NCBI RefSeq assembly: GCF_030028105.1
Contig: NC_092379.1
Coordinates: forward strand, 19,879,309-19,943,308
Direction of reading: 5' to 3'
Origin: Mobula birostris
Taxonomy: Eukaryota
Length of the DNA stretch: 64,000 nucleotides
Positions 37,431 through 49,254 of the stretch are shown here, in pieces. The stretch's first letter is position 1. Each line of letters starts with the position of its first letter. The notes under the pieces are model-generated. The model was given only the letters and a program-made list of their open reading frames with translations, did no database searches and was not told where the DNA came from. The translations under genes and the position numbers were made by a program.

Positions 37431-38155
37431 ATGAGGCAACCCTTAGGGTGCAGGTAGGAAATTCTGATCGTAGCAATGAGAGGTTGAAGATGTCTTTGAA
37501 TGCCCCTGCCAGTTGGTTAGCACAGGTTTTCAGAGCCTTACCTGGTACTCCATCAGGCCTTGCCACCTTGCGAGGGTTCACCCTCTTGAAAGACAGCCTG
37601 ATGTTGGCCTCCAAGACAGAGATCACAGAGCCAGCAGATGCTGCAGGGACTCGCACAGCTGTAGTTCTTTTTCTCCTTTTCAAAACAAGCATAAAAGGTG
37701 TTGAGCTCATTTGGGATTGAATTATCACTGCCATTCATGATGTTGGGTTTTGCTTTGTGGGAAGTAATGGCCTGCAAATCCTGCCAGAGTTGACGTGCAT
37801 CCAGTGTTGCCTCCAGCCTCTCCCAGAATCGTTTCTTGGCTCTTGAAATAACCCTCTGCAAGTCATGCCTGGTTTTCTTATACAGACATGAGTTGTCAGA
37901 CATAAATGTCACAGATCTAGCCCCCAGCAGACTACGAACCTCGTGGTTCGTCCATGGCATTTGGCTTGGGAATGTACAGTAAGATTTCATAGGCACACGC
38001 ACATCTACACAGAATTTAATAAACCTGGTGACAACTGTGGCATACTCATCCAGACTCAAAGATGACTCCCTGACCATAGTCCAGTCCATCAATTCAAAGC
38101 AGTCCTGTAAGCACTCCTGCCCTTTCCTGGTCCATACCTCCTTGGTCCTCACTAC
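37430..38155 (-). mobile_element. Rex1/Babar-type LINE fragment
   Basis: ORFs 37553-38152 and 37363-37734 (KVARPDGVPGKALKTCANQLAG.FKDIFNLSL). Confidence 0.8.
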
Positions 38156-38466
38156 TGGTGCTGCGGTCTTTGGTCTCTGCCTATGCTTACCAAAGTGTGG
38201 GTGTGGGAGAGCAGGATAGACATGCTTAAATTTAGCGTAACAGTGTTCCAGTGTGTTGGTTACTCTGGTACTACAGGGGATTTGTAGATAATCATTGCTG
38301 AAATCTCACTCAGCCCCTAAAATGGCCAGCACTTCATTGTGAGGTATTGCGGGTCTGGTGGACAATATTGGGAGGTCACCAACACATATTCACCATGAGG
38401 AGTTGATCATGAAGCAAGGCTGCTTTTGAGAGACTTGACTGACCTATCTTGGTGGTGGAACTGAAC

Positions 38467-38842
38467 CCGTCTGTCTTTATCTCTGTGTCCGGTGTGGAAA
38501 GGGTTAACTATGATACCATGAAACAAAGGGTGAAAGTGGTCCTAATGTCTCTCTGATACAGCACCCTGGCTCTGAGATCTTCAGTTTTATTTACCAGGGA
38601 CTGTACAATTGCCAGCAAGGTAGTCGGTATTGGGAATTGAAAACCTCATTTTCTTAAACACACCATCAGACCAGGACGTTGAATCCACTTTCTCCAGTGG
38701 CTTCCTAAAGGGGCAGTGTGCCAACCACAGTCTGGCCTATTTTCTCTCAGTTTTAAGCAGCAATAAGTTGTTCAATTGTATCAAAACTTCACCACTGACT
38801 GTACACATCTTAGACGTAGATGTGGTTCTCAGCAATTGCAGG
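38467..38842 (-). pseudogene. Heavily decayed Ig CH-like exon (IgNAR C4 / IgW equivalent, tentative)
   Basis: Good acceptor TTCTTGTTTTAG ~120 bp after the previous donor; fragments (A)C, EVLIQ, LVNKLKIS, TFTLC...LSTPDTEIK in shifting frames. Confidence 0.35.
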
Positions 38843-38965
38843 CTAAAACAAGAATATTTGATGATCACACCAGGGCTGCACCATTATTCAATATTGAACT
38901 GGCCTGGCAGAGTTCACAGCACAATGTAAACAATTTCATGAACGGGGTGAGTTCCAGGACCCTAC

Positions 38966-39272
38966 CTTGGACGTTCTCCACTTGCTTCTTGATACAGGTA
39001 TTGGAGGGCGGATAAATCACTGTACAGCTGAAGACTGATTCTGTCTTCCAATCCTGCAAACTCACGGTCAGGAAGTGTCTGGCACTGAAAGTCCACCCCT
39101 GGTTGGTGTAGCACTGGTGTTGGAGGTGATGATGGTGCTGCCTTTCTCCCAGGTGACATCCAATTGGTCCGAGTGGAATCCAGAGACCACACACTCCAGT
39201 GTGGCCATTTTCCTATTCTTCGTCTCTTCCTAGGATGGAAGCTGTCAGGATTTTGAATAAAGACAAACAATT
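38966..39272 (-). pseudogene. Immunoglobulin heavy-chain constant (C1-set) exon, IgW/IgNAR type
   Basis: Acceptor TTCTAATCCCCAG, donor G/GTAGGG, phase 1 at both ends; ELFVFIQNP / LPS*EETKNRKMATLECVVSGFHSDQLDVTWEK...TP / NQGWTFSARHFLTVSLQDWKTESVFSCTVIYPPSNTCIKKQVENVQ; both Cys and the Trp present; 1 stop, 2 frameshifts. Confidence 0.88.
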
Positions 39273-39889
39273 CTGGGGATTAGAAATGGAAAACGTCAGA
39301 ATCTTACTGGAGATATTCTTATCGGTTGTTGAATCAGCCCCTGTTCTTCCCTGTAATAAAGATTACAGTGGCTCATTTATATCCATGAAAAGCCTTCAAT
39401 GACAAATAATTGGCCAAATTCAGCCAGTAGCAACCCCGTGCTTTTACACAGTAGCTTCAAGATGGATTTGACCTGAACTCTCGTTCATGGGTCTTATCTT
39501 CAGTAATTTTGTTTGGCTGCTTTTGCTATTTCACAGCTGTGTCGACATGATCAGAGACATCTCATGAGTTGGCCACTTGTATGTTCTGCCCAGCCACATT
39601 CGATTTCACTCCCTCCATGAGTGATGCATGGTGAATATTGTCTGTCCAGAATTTTCAACAGTATTGTTTTCTCTACAATGTAACCTGAGCAGGTTTTATC
39701 TTGCTTTGGTGATAGTTGCATTTTGCCTATGGTAGCCCAGATACTAATTTGTACTGACCTGATGCAGGGATTCAACAGTTTCTTTCCAGCCATCAATGCT
39801 GCTGAAGTTGCCGTGTTTCTCCAGCACAGATTGTGCGTTGCTCTGGATTCCAGCATCTGCAGTCTCTTGTGTTTGGAATGAAGTTGACT

Positions 39890-40140
39890 TGACTGAAGTA
39901 TTTGGTACCTTGTAGTGACAACCTGCAGCCACTGGGGGTCAGAGGAACACCTCTGAAATAAGGTATTGAGACTTCAAACCGGCTGCTGTAATAGCACCCT
40001 CAAACCACTGGGTGTCAGTGTTACAGATTAGTCAGAGGGGGTTGCTGGACTGCTTGGGTGAAACAGTGCACAGGAGGAGTCCATTGTGCCAGGAGGGCCT
40101 GAGACTACAGGAGCTCTTCAGAGGAATACGTCACATTGCA
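39890..40140 (-). pseudogene. Unit G copy 3, ~600 bp upstream of the Ig CH exon on the same strand
   Basis: Reverse complement of 33527-33790. Confidence 0.45.
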
Positions 40141-40199
40141 ACGCAGTTTCCTCCCACACCTCAAAGACCTGCTTGTCAGTAGGTTAATTGGCTACCGTA

Positions 40200-41130
40200 A
40201 ATTGCCCTCAGTGATAGAGTCCTACAGCATGGAAACAGCACAAGTCGTCCATGCTGACCAAGATGAAAATCCAAGCTAGGCCCCATTTCCCAGTGTTTGA
40301 CCCATAACCATCCAAAATGTTCCACTCCGTGTATCTGTCCAACTGCCTTTGAAAAGTTATTTACTTAACTCAAACACTTCTTCTGGTAACATATTCTATA
40401 GGTTCCACCATTTCTGTTTAAAGAATCCTTTAAATTCCTGTTAAATCTTTCCCCTCTCACTGAAACCTATGCCCTCTAGCTCTTGGTTCTCCATCTTAAT
40501 AAAAGACTGTGGACATTTACCACAGCTATGCCCCTCCTGATTTTACACATCTTTATAAAAGTGCCTCTGAGACTCCTGTATTTCAAGCAATATAGCCTTA
40601 ACCTGTCGAACCTCTCCCCATAACATGGACCCTTGAGTCCTGGCAACATCCTTATAAATCTCTTCTGCACTCATTCAGTTTAATTGCCTCTTTCCTGCAG
40701 CTTGCTGACTGAAGTGCAGCCTCACAGATGCCTTGTACAACCGCACTGTGACCTCCCAACATTCACACTCAATGTTCTGTCTAATGAAGGCCGGCATGCC
40801 AAAAGCCTTTCACCATCCTAACTACTTTTGATTCCATGTCCTTTTAATCCACAACACTGTCCAGGACCCTGCCGTTTACCATGAAAGTCCAACCTTGGTT
40901 TGACTTTACAAATTACGACACCTCACACTTATCTGAATTAAAATCCAGTTGCCACTCCTTACTCAGCTAATCAACATACACCTGTAATGCTTGATAATCT
41001 TTCACAAACTTCACTTTACCACTTGTTTTAATATCGTCTGTGAACGTACTGACCATGTTTTGTACATTCGTATCCAAATCTTTGATGCAGATGACAAAAA
41101 AAATGGCCAAGCACTGACCCCTGAAGTACA
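40200..41130 (-). mobile_element. Old CR1/L2-type LINE 3' remnant (duplicated at ~44880-45730 and ~51230-52800)
   Basis: MQKRFIRMLPGLKG..Y.ER.DRL.LY.L.YR.LRG. Confidence 0.65.
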
Positions 41131-41479
41131 CCTACTTGTCATGGACATACTCCCTGTTCACCGATAACTGTGGGGCCAGGTACAGCTCCAACTCATTAAC
41201 GGAGTTTGTCTGGTGCACAGTTATGGGTGTACAGGGAGTATGTCCCTGTCAGAGCAACTCCCACACTGCAATCTCTGGCACAATGGAGAGCAACTGTACT
41301 CGGGACATTGGGAATGCTACTGTCTGTATGACATGCACCATCTGCACTTGGAAACAGCTGTTGGCTCCTACATTGTCATTTCACCCACGTCATAGACACC
41401 AATGATGATGTGAGCCCCACCCTGAACCACTAACAGTCTGGGTGTGCAAGGATCATATCACTGACAACAATCTGGAGTA

Positions 41480-42960
41480 TTAACATTATTTCTGTATCAC
41501 TGACAGACACAGGGATGTGAGAAGTATACTCGTCACACAGTATGTAGTACTCACACCATCTCCACAGCAAGAACAGACAAAATGTACAGATAACCTGCTG
41601 ATGACATCATCTCATTTGTTAGTGATCCTTTCAAAGACCAGATAATCAGGATGTAAGAGGGAAGGAAACAACAGAAAAATTAAAATTATATATATACACA
41701 CACTGTGTGTCTGTGTGTGTGTGTGTGTGTTCAAAACCAATTATGCCACAACAGAGTATCATGTCTAATTCAGAACCCAATATCAGTGGGATGAAAAAGC
41801 ATTAGAAAGTATTAGAATGATTCCAGGGATGATGGTCATTACTAATGTGGAAAATGGAGCAGCTGGAATTGCTTTGTTTGGAAAGGAAGATGTGGAAGGA
41901 CATCCATGAAGGCATTTGTAATCACAGAGGCTCAAAATGGACGAAGAGAGAAATTGTCATTGGTGAATGTAGAGGGTGTAGAATGACAAAAGGATCAGAG
42001 TCACATCAGGAAGTAATGATTTATGCAGTGAGAGGAACGTGTCTATAAATCACTGGTATGCCTGGTAGAGGAAGCTCATCCAATTGTGGTATTCAGAAGG
42101 GAAATGGAAAATTGAGAGGAAGACAAAATGCAGAATAATGGGAGATAAGACAGGGAAACACATTGGTTAGCTCTTGATTACCACCAGCTCAGACTTAATA
42201 GGTGAATCAATTTTCTTCCACACTATTCTGTTAGTGATTCTCCGTGCTTAAGCTATCTGTCCAGTTGCTATCACATCCTATCATTCCAAAACCCTTAATG
42301 TTCCTTGCCCCGAAGACAATGATATCTATCAGGTGTCAGAAACATGCTGGCTCCATCTTACAATCAGGCACAGACCCATTAGACTTTCAATTTTTCCAAA
42401 ACAGCCTTTGGTAGAGACATCCAGCTCATTTTCACAGTTAATCCAAACGAAATAGAAAAGATTCTCCTTCCTGATGATCCTTCTAGAATGTGCATGTTCT
42501 TTCAGCTGACTTCCTCCTGAACCCCGCACGGATTGGCAACATCAACGTCCAACCTTCTTTATTCGAGACTGAAACAACATTGGGACAACCAGATTTACGG
42601 GATTCTCACGTTCCGACTACTGAACTCCACTTCACGACTTCTTTGTCAACAGCAGTTGTTATGGGGGAAAGAAAAACAACTGGAAAAGCTGTGAACATTA
42701 CGACTAGTGACACTGTCTGTCCTGTCAGCACCGCCCCTACAGCACCAGCAACACTGTGTGTGAGTACCACATCAGTAACATGGTCTCTGGTATCAGCACC
42801 GACCGCTCTTATCAACGGCCGGGAACGCGACTGCGCGGTGGAAACCCAACGGCCGAGGCTCAGGCGGGTCGATCGTCAAGCAGTGATTGGATGATCGGCC
42901 GTCACGTGGGTGTGTCTATTGGCAGCGAGCTCGAGCGTGGGTTGTCGAGGTTCTCACTAG
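41480..42960 (+). repeat. Segmental-duplication unit U, copy 3 (contains antisense RTE remnant ~42340-42815)
   Basis: Reverse complement matches 14.7-16.7 kb, 29.0-31.8 kb and 6625-6861. Confidence 0.75.
41696..41730. repeat. (TG)n microsatellite
   Basis: Directly visible. Confidence 0.85.
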
Positions 42961-43400
42961 AGGGCGGGGTGACATCTTTGGTTGCCGGCAAAAAAAAAGG
43001 ACGATTCCAGAAGAGAGTCGAGTTGAGGCGCGCGGGTAGCGGCAAGCTCTGATTGGAGGATCGGCCTGAAGGTGACGTATGGCTGCTCCGGCTACCGCTT
43101 CTTTAACCGCTGATTGAAGGCACAGTCTCCCGGTGTCCGCGCGGACTTGGAGGAAGTAAGCACGCGGCAAATGGTTATAGCGCGGGAAAAAGCGAGGCTC
43201 CGATTGGTTGAGGGGTAAAGACGTGTGACGAGGAGCCGAGTGCGTGAATCCCTCCAACGGCGCAGCCGCAGCGGCGGGAGAAAGGAGACGCCAACGCTGA
43301 GTTGTCGTGTCCAGTAACAAATCGTTGGTGACTGAAGAAGAGGGCTTCGCCGGAGGTGTGCACAAAAGCTAGCGGGACAACGCATTGCAGGGTAAGGGGA
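42790..43400 (+). promoter_or_regulatory. CpG-island-like promoter with candidate non-coding first exon (donor at 43392)
   Basis: Dense CpG in an otherwise depleted window; ATTGG at 42886, 42918, 43052, 43203; CACGTG 42903; GGGCGGGG 42962; TGACGT 43073; AGGAAGT 43151; GCGCGGGAAA 43180; CAGG/GTAAGG. Confidence 0.65.
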
Positions 43401-43469
43401 GAGGCAAGTTCGGGAAACATTCATTTTCTGGTGTCTAAGAACATGCAGTGCAGGAAGAACACTAGTGTG

Positions 43470-44260
43470 GTATTGGAAGAAGTTCTGATTGTTTGATGTA
43501 TGGACTTGGTGGGTGGAGATGGGAGAGGTCGTTGTATGACAGGTGGACTAGTGTAGAGTGTGAATACACAGTTAAGCTGGTGACAGAAAGATTATATGCT
43601 GGGTGGGTAGACAATAAATAGACGTTTATTTTGTTGTTTGAGGCTGGATCTGCAGGTACTCAGGGTCATCTGGGAAGCTGGGGGCTTCATAGATGAGACA
43701 TTTACAGAGGTGGGCATACCTGAAGTACAATTTCAGATAGATGGGGAAGTAAGGGGAAAAGACAGTCAGTACATGTGCTGGTTAGTACCAGAATTGGAAA
43801 ATAGGCCAGATTTTCCTCTGCAATCGACAATAGTGTAACAACCGTCCCTTTGCCTCCTCACCACCATCCAATCTCCTCAACAGTCTTTCCAGTGAGGCTC
43901 AGATTTCCATGCACCACATCCATTGTTGACTATTGCATTCATTGCACTCAAGGTGACCCAAGTGTCATCTAGGGAATCACTTTAACAAATATCTGCACTC
44001 CAGGCACCATGGCCATCGATAGCTCCCATTCAGAAGCCATTTTAATTCTACTCCCCATTGCCACATCAACCTGTCTGGCTTTGGTGACATTCACTGTCAT
44101 GGTGAAGCCAAACGCAAGCATGAGGGACAGAACATCTTACTCCAGTTTGGTTATCTACAATCCAATGGCATTAATACTGAATTCTGCAATTTGAGGTAAA
44201 CTTCGTCCCCACTGTCTCCTTTTCTCTCACCTCCTGATCTACCCAGGTCCTCTTGTACAC
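43470..44260. mobile_element. Old Penelope end with inverted duplicate
   Basis: Minus-strand GIY-YIG C-terminus remnant (~43620-43760) facing a plus-strand copy (~43840-44190). Confidence 0.55.
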
Positions 44261-44629
44261 ATCTTTCTTTCAAAACTCCCCAATCCCAACGGGATTTGTT
44301 TATTTCTGCCAAGCAAATTTTAAGGATGATGGAGTAACAGGGCCCGTGTGAATTTATTCACAAGGTCCCTTGGTCACCATGGAGAGTAAGTGGAGGACAA
44401 AATGAGTTGAAAATTTTTTTTGCAGCTGTACTTGGTGTTCAACCATTAAAAGTCTAATTCCCTCAGCTCTTGTGAAAATATTGTGATATTAGTTTGTTTC
44501 TCTCTCCACAGATACTGCCTGTCCTGTAATTTCATTAGTTTTTATCTCTTATTTGCAACATGTGTAATTATTTCTCCCTCAGTGATGATTTCATTCTTCC
44601 TATTGGAGTTCAGATGCCAATTTTGTCTG

Positions 44630-44865
44630 CAGCTGGTTTGATCTGAACAATGTGTTACCCTGCAATAATAACTACAACCACTAGGGGTGAGAGGAACACC
44701 TCCAAATGTTGAGCCTTCAGTTAAATTGGCTGCTGTTTTGTTAACCAACAGTCTCTGGCTGTCAGTATAACAGTCAGGCAAAAAGACACTGCTGGATGGT
44801 GTGGGTGAAACAGTGCACAGGAGGATTCCACTCTTCAGATAATACATCACATTGAAATATGACAT
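44630..44865 (-). pseudogene. Unit G copy 4 (best C-terminal motif)
   Basis: ORF 44542-44865: ILLCTVSPTPSSSV...GVPLTPSGCSYYCRVTH. Confidence 0.45.
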
Positions 44866-45729
44866 CCTTCTTCAAAATTCATGCTTGTTGGTAGGTTATT
44901 ACCACTTTAAACTGTGCTTGTATTTGTAGATTCAGAGGGTCAAAGGCATGGAAACTGGTCCTTCGTCCCAACTCCTCCATGCTGACCAAGATGCCCATCC
45001 AAGCTGGTCAGATTGACAGCATTTTGTGGGAACTTTCCTTATCCATTGCCCTCTTGATTTTATGCATCTCTACAAAATCTCCACTCAATTTCCTACAAGT
45101 CGAAGATTTTCACCAGAGCTGAGGAAGTTAGAGATTTAATAAACAGGTACAGTCGCAGGAAAATATCCCATCTCACTGTTACGTTGACTCTCCACAGTGA
45201 CTGCGACTCCAAGATACAAAGTTATATTTTCTGTAATTTATATATTCATTCCAAGGAAAGTCCTAGCCCAGACAATGTCTCCCGGTAATTCAGTCATGGC
45301 AACATCCTTGTAAATCATTTCTGTACCCTTTTCTCATTAATAGCATCTTTCCACCAGGAGATTGAATAAAAACAGAACACAATACTCCAAATACAACCTC
45401 ACTGGTATCGTCTACCGTTTCAACATTTATACGCAACGCTCTGACTGACGAAGACCAGCATAGCAAAAGGCTTCTTCACCACCCTGTCTACCTGTGACTC
45501 CACTTTCAGTGAACCATGTACTTGAACTCCCTCTGTTCCACATCACTCTCCAGGGCCCTTTCATTCACTGTGAAATTCCTATCTTGGTTTAACTTTTGAA
45601 AACATTACACCTTGCACTTCCTTGAATGGAACTCCATCTGCCACACTTAAGCCCATTTATTCAGCTGAACAAGGACCCGCCGTAATTTTGATAACCTTCT
45701 TCACTCTTCACTTTACTGCTAATTTTTTG

Positions 45730-47590
45730 ATGGGCTGCAATTCGTGAGAGAGAGGTCATTAATTGGGGTTTAAAAAGAGCTCAGGTGTATTCAAGACTTT
45801 CCAGTGGGCTACAATCATGGTGATTCAGTCTGCTTCGATAGCACTCATCAGGGGCCAATAAAGAGAAGTGAAGTGCAAGTGGGGCAGCCATTGTGGAAAT
45901 GGCCATTGTGTGAGTGGACAGTGTGAGAGTGGTCACGGTTTAGCTCAGAAGGCTTCCTTGTAATCACTATGGGCAAGCACAGGTGGATGCTCTAAGGAAG
46001 TTTCTAGTAAGTTTTTTTCCTCTTGGTACACGGCTAATTGCTCTGAGAATGGGTCCAGAGTTAGTGGTATGTGCCTTGTATGAGATGTTGTAACTTCTGG
46101 ATACATCCAGTCTCCCTGATAAATACATTTATACGAAGTGCACCGAGCTGCAGTTTCTTAGACACCGTGTTAAGGAACTGGAGCTGCAGCTCAAAGACCT
46201 TTGGCTCTTAAGGGAAAATGAGGAGGTGATAGATAGGAGCTGTACTGAGGTAGTCACCCCTAAGTTACAGGAGATGGGTACCAGGGTGACTGTCAGTAGA
46301 GGGAAATGAAAAAGGCAGCCAGTACAGAGTGCCCCTGTGGCTGTTCCCCTCAATAATAATTCAAATGCTTTGGATACTGTTAGGGGGACACCTGTTGGGG
46401 GCAGCTACAGGGACCTGATCTCTGGCACTAAATGTGTCTCAGTGGCTCAGAAGGGAAGGGAATGGGTGGGCTGGGGAGAAGAAGAGTGCAGTAGTAATTG
46501 GGGATTCCACGATTAGAGGACCGGACAGAGATTCTGTAGACACCTGGATAGTATGTTGCCTCACAGCTGCCAGAGTAGGAGATGTCTCAGATCAGGTCAA
46601 TAGCATTCTAAAGGGGAAGGGTGAACAGCTGGAAGATGTGATACATATTGGTACCAATGGCAGGGTGGAAAAGGGAGGAGGTCTGGAAGACAGAATACAA
46701 GGAGTTGGGTCAAAAGCTGAGAAGCAGGGCCTCCAGGGTAGTAATCGCTGAACTGCTGCCTATGCCATGCACCAAGGAGGGTAAGAAAATGATGATATGG
46801 CAGATGAATGCAGAGCTGTGGAATTGGTACAGGGGGCAGGGTTTCAGATTTCTGTATCATTGGGATCTCTTCTGGGGAAGGAGTGACTTGTACAAAAAGG
46901 ATGGCTTGCACCTGAACCTGAAGGGGACTAATACCCTTGCAGGCAGGTTTGCTGGAGCTTTAGGGCATGTTTTGAACTAGTTTGGCAGGGGAATGGGAAA
47001 CTGAGTGATAGGGCTGAGGATGGGGCAGTTGTTATATAACTGGATGCAGTGTGTAGTGAGACTGTGAGGAAGGACTGGCAGATGATGGGCAAAATTGCAG
47101 TCAGTGGGAAAAGGGGCCAAAATAAAAATGATGATTTCAGGACTGAAGGTGTTATATTTGAATACAGCATATGGAATAAGGTAGATAATCTTGAAGCACA
47201 GTTAGAGATCGGCACTCGTGATGCTGTGGACATCGCTGAGTCATGGTTGGAAGATGATCATAGTTGGGGGATTAATATCCAAGGATACTCGTTGTTTTGA
47301 AAGGATAAGCGGAAGTGGGATGGCTCTGTTGGTAAAAAAAAATTAAATCAAATCATTGGAAATAGGTGACATAGGACTGGAAGATATAGAATCCTTCTGA
47401 GTGGAGTTAAGAAACTGCAAAAGTAAAATGTCCCTGATGGGAGTTATATACAAGCCTCTGAACAGTAGTCAAGATGTAGGCTATAAATTACAGCTGGAGA
47501 TAGAAAACACGTATCAAAAGGGCAATGTTATGATGACCATGAGGGATTTCAATATGCAGGGAAAATGGAAAAATCAAATTGGTGCTGGAT
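45730..47590 (+). mobile_element. Old CR1 5' remnant (UTR, ORF1 SGNH, start of APE)
   Basis: C.KCTELQFLRHRVKELELQL; VIGDS; IHIGTN; HWDLFWGRSDLYKKDGLHLN. Confidence 0.75.
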
Positions 47591-47592
47591 CC

Positions 47593-48240
47593 TGTGACAG
47601 GGTCTTGAATTACCCCTATGAACTATGCTTTTGAAAAGAGACAGAGAGAGTTATTTAACACCAACATCTTGTTTTTAAGAGAGAGAGATGTGAAGACTGC
47701 TCACAGTATGTTTACATTTCTACAAGGATGCTGCCTGGTTGGAAATTCTTACAGACAGAGAGGGGAGGAACTGTTTGAGTGACAGTTGGTATTCAGCATG
47801 GGGAGATAAATAGAAGGTCAGATGATAAACCTGAGACTCATGGTTTTGGACACTGAATGAGCTTTGTTGTGCCCACAGAAAAGGTGGGTTTTGGAGGATC
47901 GATCAGTGGCTCTCGCAGTGTGAAAAGGGAATGACCAGTGGGGAGTTGTTTGTGTATCCAACTCTTGCCTGGGTTGATAATTCCACCACAGAAGAATGGT
48001 CCCCTTTGTTGTGGTCACAGTTGGTGACCTCTAAAGGATTTCGGAGGACAACGGGAAGATCGATGGCATCAGCTACTTGAAGACTCAAATCTCTTCCTCT
48101 CCTTCTGTCTCCATCACTACTCAACTCCATACCACGGACTGAACTGAACTTTACTCATCATCGTAAGACTGTATCTATTTACGTCTAGACTTGAAGAAGC
48201 TTGGTTTTCATATATTTCCACACTTACTGATATACTTATA
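47593..48240 (+). repeat. Partial LTR-like sequence
   Basis: Starts TGTGACA, interrupts duplicated sequence; no right terminus or TSD found. Confidence 0.4.
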
Positions 48241-48329
48241 TACTCAACTGCCAGGTGAGCTCAATGGGTCAGGCCATCTTTGGAAGGAAAGGAAGGGACA
48301 ACATTTCAAGTGGATGTTCTATATCAGGA

Positions 48330-49250
48330 CAGACACAGGGTTCTTATCCCACGTGGTTCTATTCAAGTTGGCCTTACTTTTCCTTACACGTCCATTTTAC
48401 ATTTTGAAAGACTTTTTTCCTTACTGTTCCTCATAGTATTCCTCATATTAAAAGAAAGTTTCCCTTTTGAATTCAGGCTAGGATTTGCTCAGGTTTCAGA
48501 AGAAATCTTCTCTGATGCCACCTGCAAATTTTAGAGCATTGATTACGGTACCAGGAATGTGCAGGGTCCGTTTTCCAGCCATATGGTCATGAGACACTTG
48601 TTTATTACCAAACAGTGTGTGGTAGAGACAAACATTTCATTTTTCACAGCGAATCCAGCAACATGTAGAAGATGTTCTCCTCCCAGATGACCCTTGCATC
48701 ATGTGTAAAAATCACCTTGTTTCTTTAGAGAATCCCTCACTTGGGGTGGCGACATCAACGTCCAACTCTCTGTGTTCGTGGTTAAAGCAACATTAGGACA
48801 GCTATGTATTTCACTGTTGGAGATTCCATGGGTTCTCACATTCCAGTGACTCAACTTCACTACATGACTTCAATTGCAGTGGGGAGTTATCACATTTGTT
48901 ATGGGGAAAAAACAACTGGAAAAGCATTGTGTGTCCTGTCAGCACAGTCCCTGTAACACCAGCGACACTATTTGTGAATATCCCACCAGTAGCATGGTCT
49001 ATGGTGTCAGCATCTCCTCTGCAGCATCAACTAACCATTGACTGATCTGTGCATCCAAAGCCCCATGGCCGAAGCACAAGCAGGAAGATTGGCAAGCTGT
49101 GATTGGAGGATCCGTTGCCACGTGGATTGGGGGGGTGCGAGCTGTTGGACCTGCAAATTTGAATCTCAATAGTCGGCACTCGAGTGTGGGCTTGTCAAGG
49201 CTCTCATTAAAGGTCAGGATTGATGTGTGTGACAGTCGGGTGAGAAGGAG
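48330..49250 (+). repeat. Segmental-duplication unit U, copy 4 (includes CpG-decayed copy of the promoter flank)
   Basis: Collinear with 42390-42960 and the reverse complement of 14233-14430. Confidence 0.75.
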
Positions 49251-49254
49251 ACAC

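Noticed and set aside
39890-40140. Unit G read as a V gene (WVKQ, HCAR then CACATTG/CACAGTG; or PETVGYYC...IFGG on the other strand)
   Set aside because: V-like words appear on both strands with wrong spacing and no first Cys, and no nonamer follows the heptamer. This looks like over-fitting; the CH-exon reading fits position and motif order better.
42490-42894. Thr/Ser-rich mucin-like ORF, and a V-like DVVLTH...GQTVSL on the other strand
   Set aside because: Explained as an RTE 5' remnant in unit U; the frames are not conserved in the paralogue and lack the V-domain Cys and Trp.
44490-44520. Strong splice acceptor as exon 2 of the CpG-island transcript
   Set aside because: It matches the ubiquitous Penelope/SINE motif CTCTCCACAGAT(G)CTGCC and no coding frame follows; it cannot be supported without RNA data.
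48655-48800. RING-finger-like reading DDPCIMCKNHL...CSWLKQH behind a good acceptor
   Set aside because: The paralogue at 42440 does not keep the Cys pattern, the central CxH is missing, and the opposite strand is an RTE endonuclease remnant.
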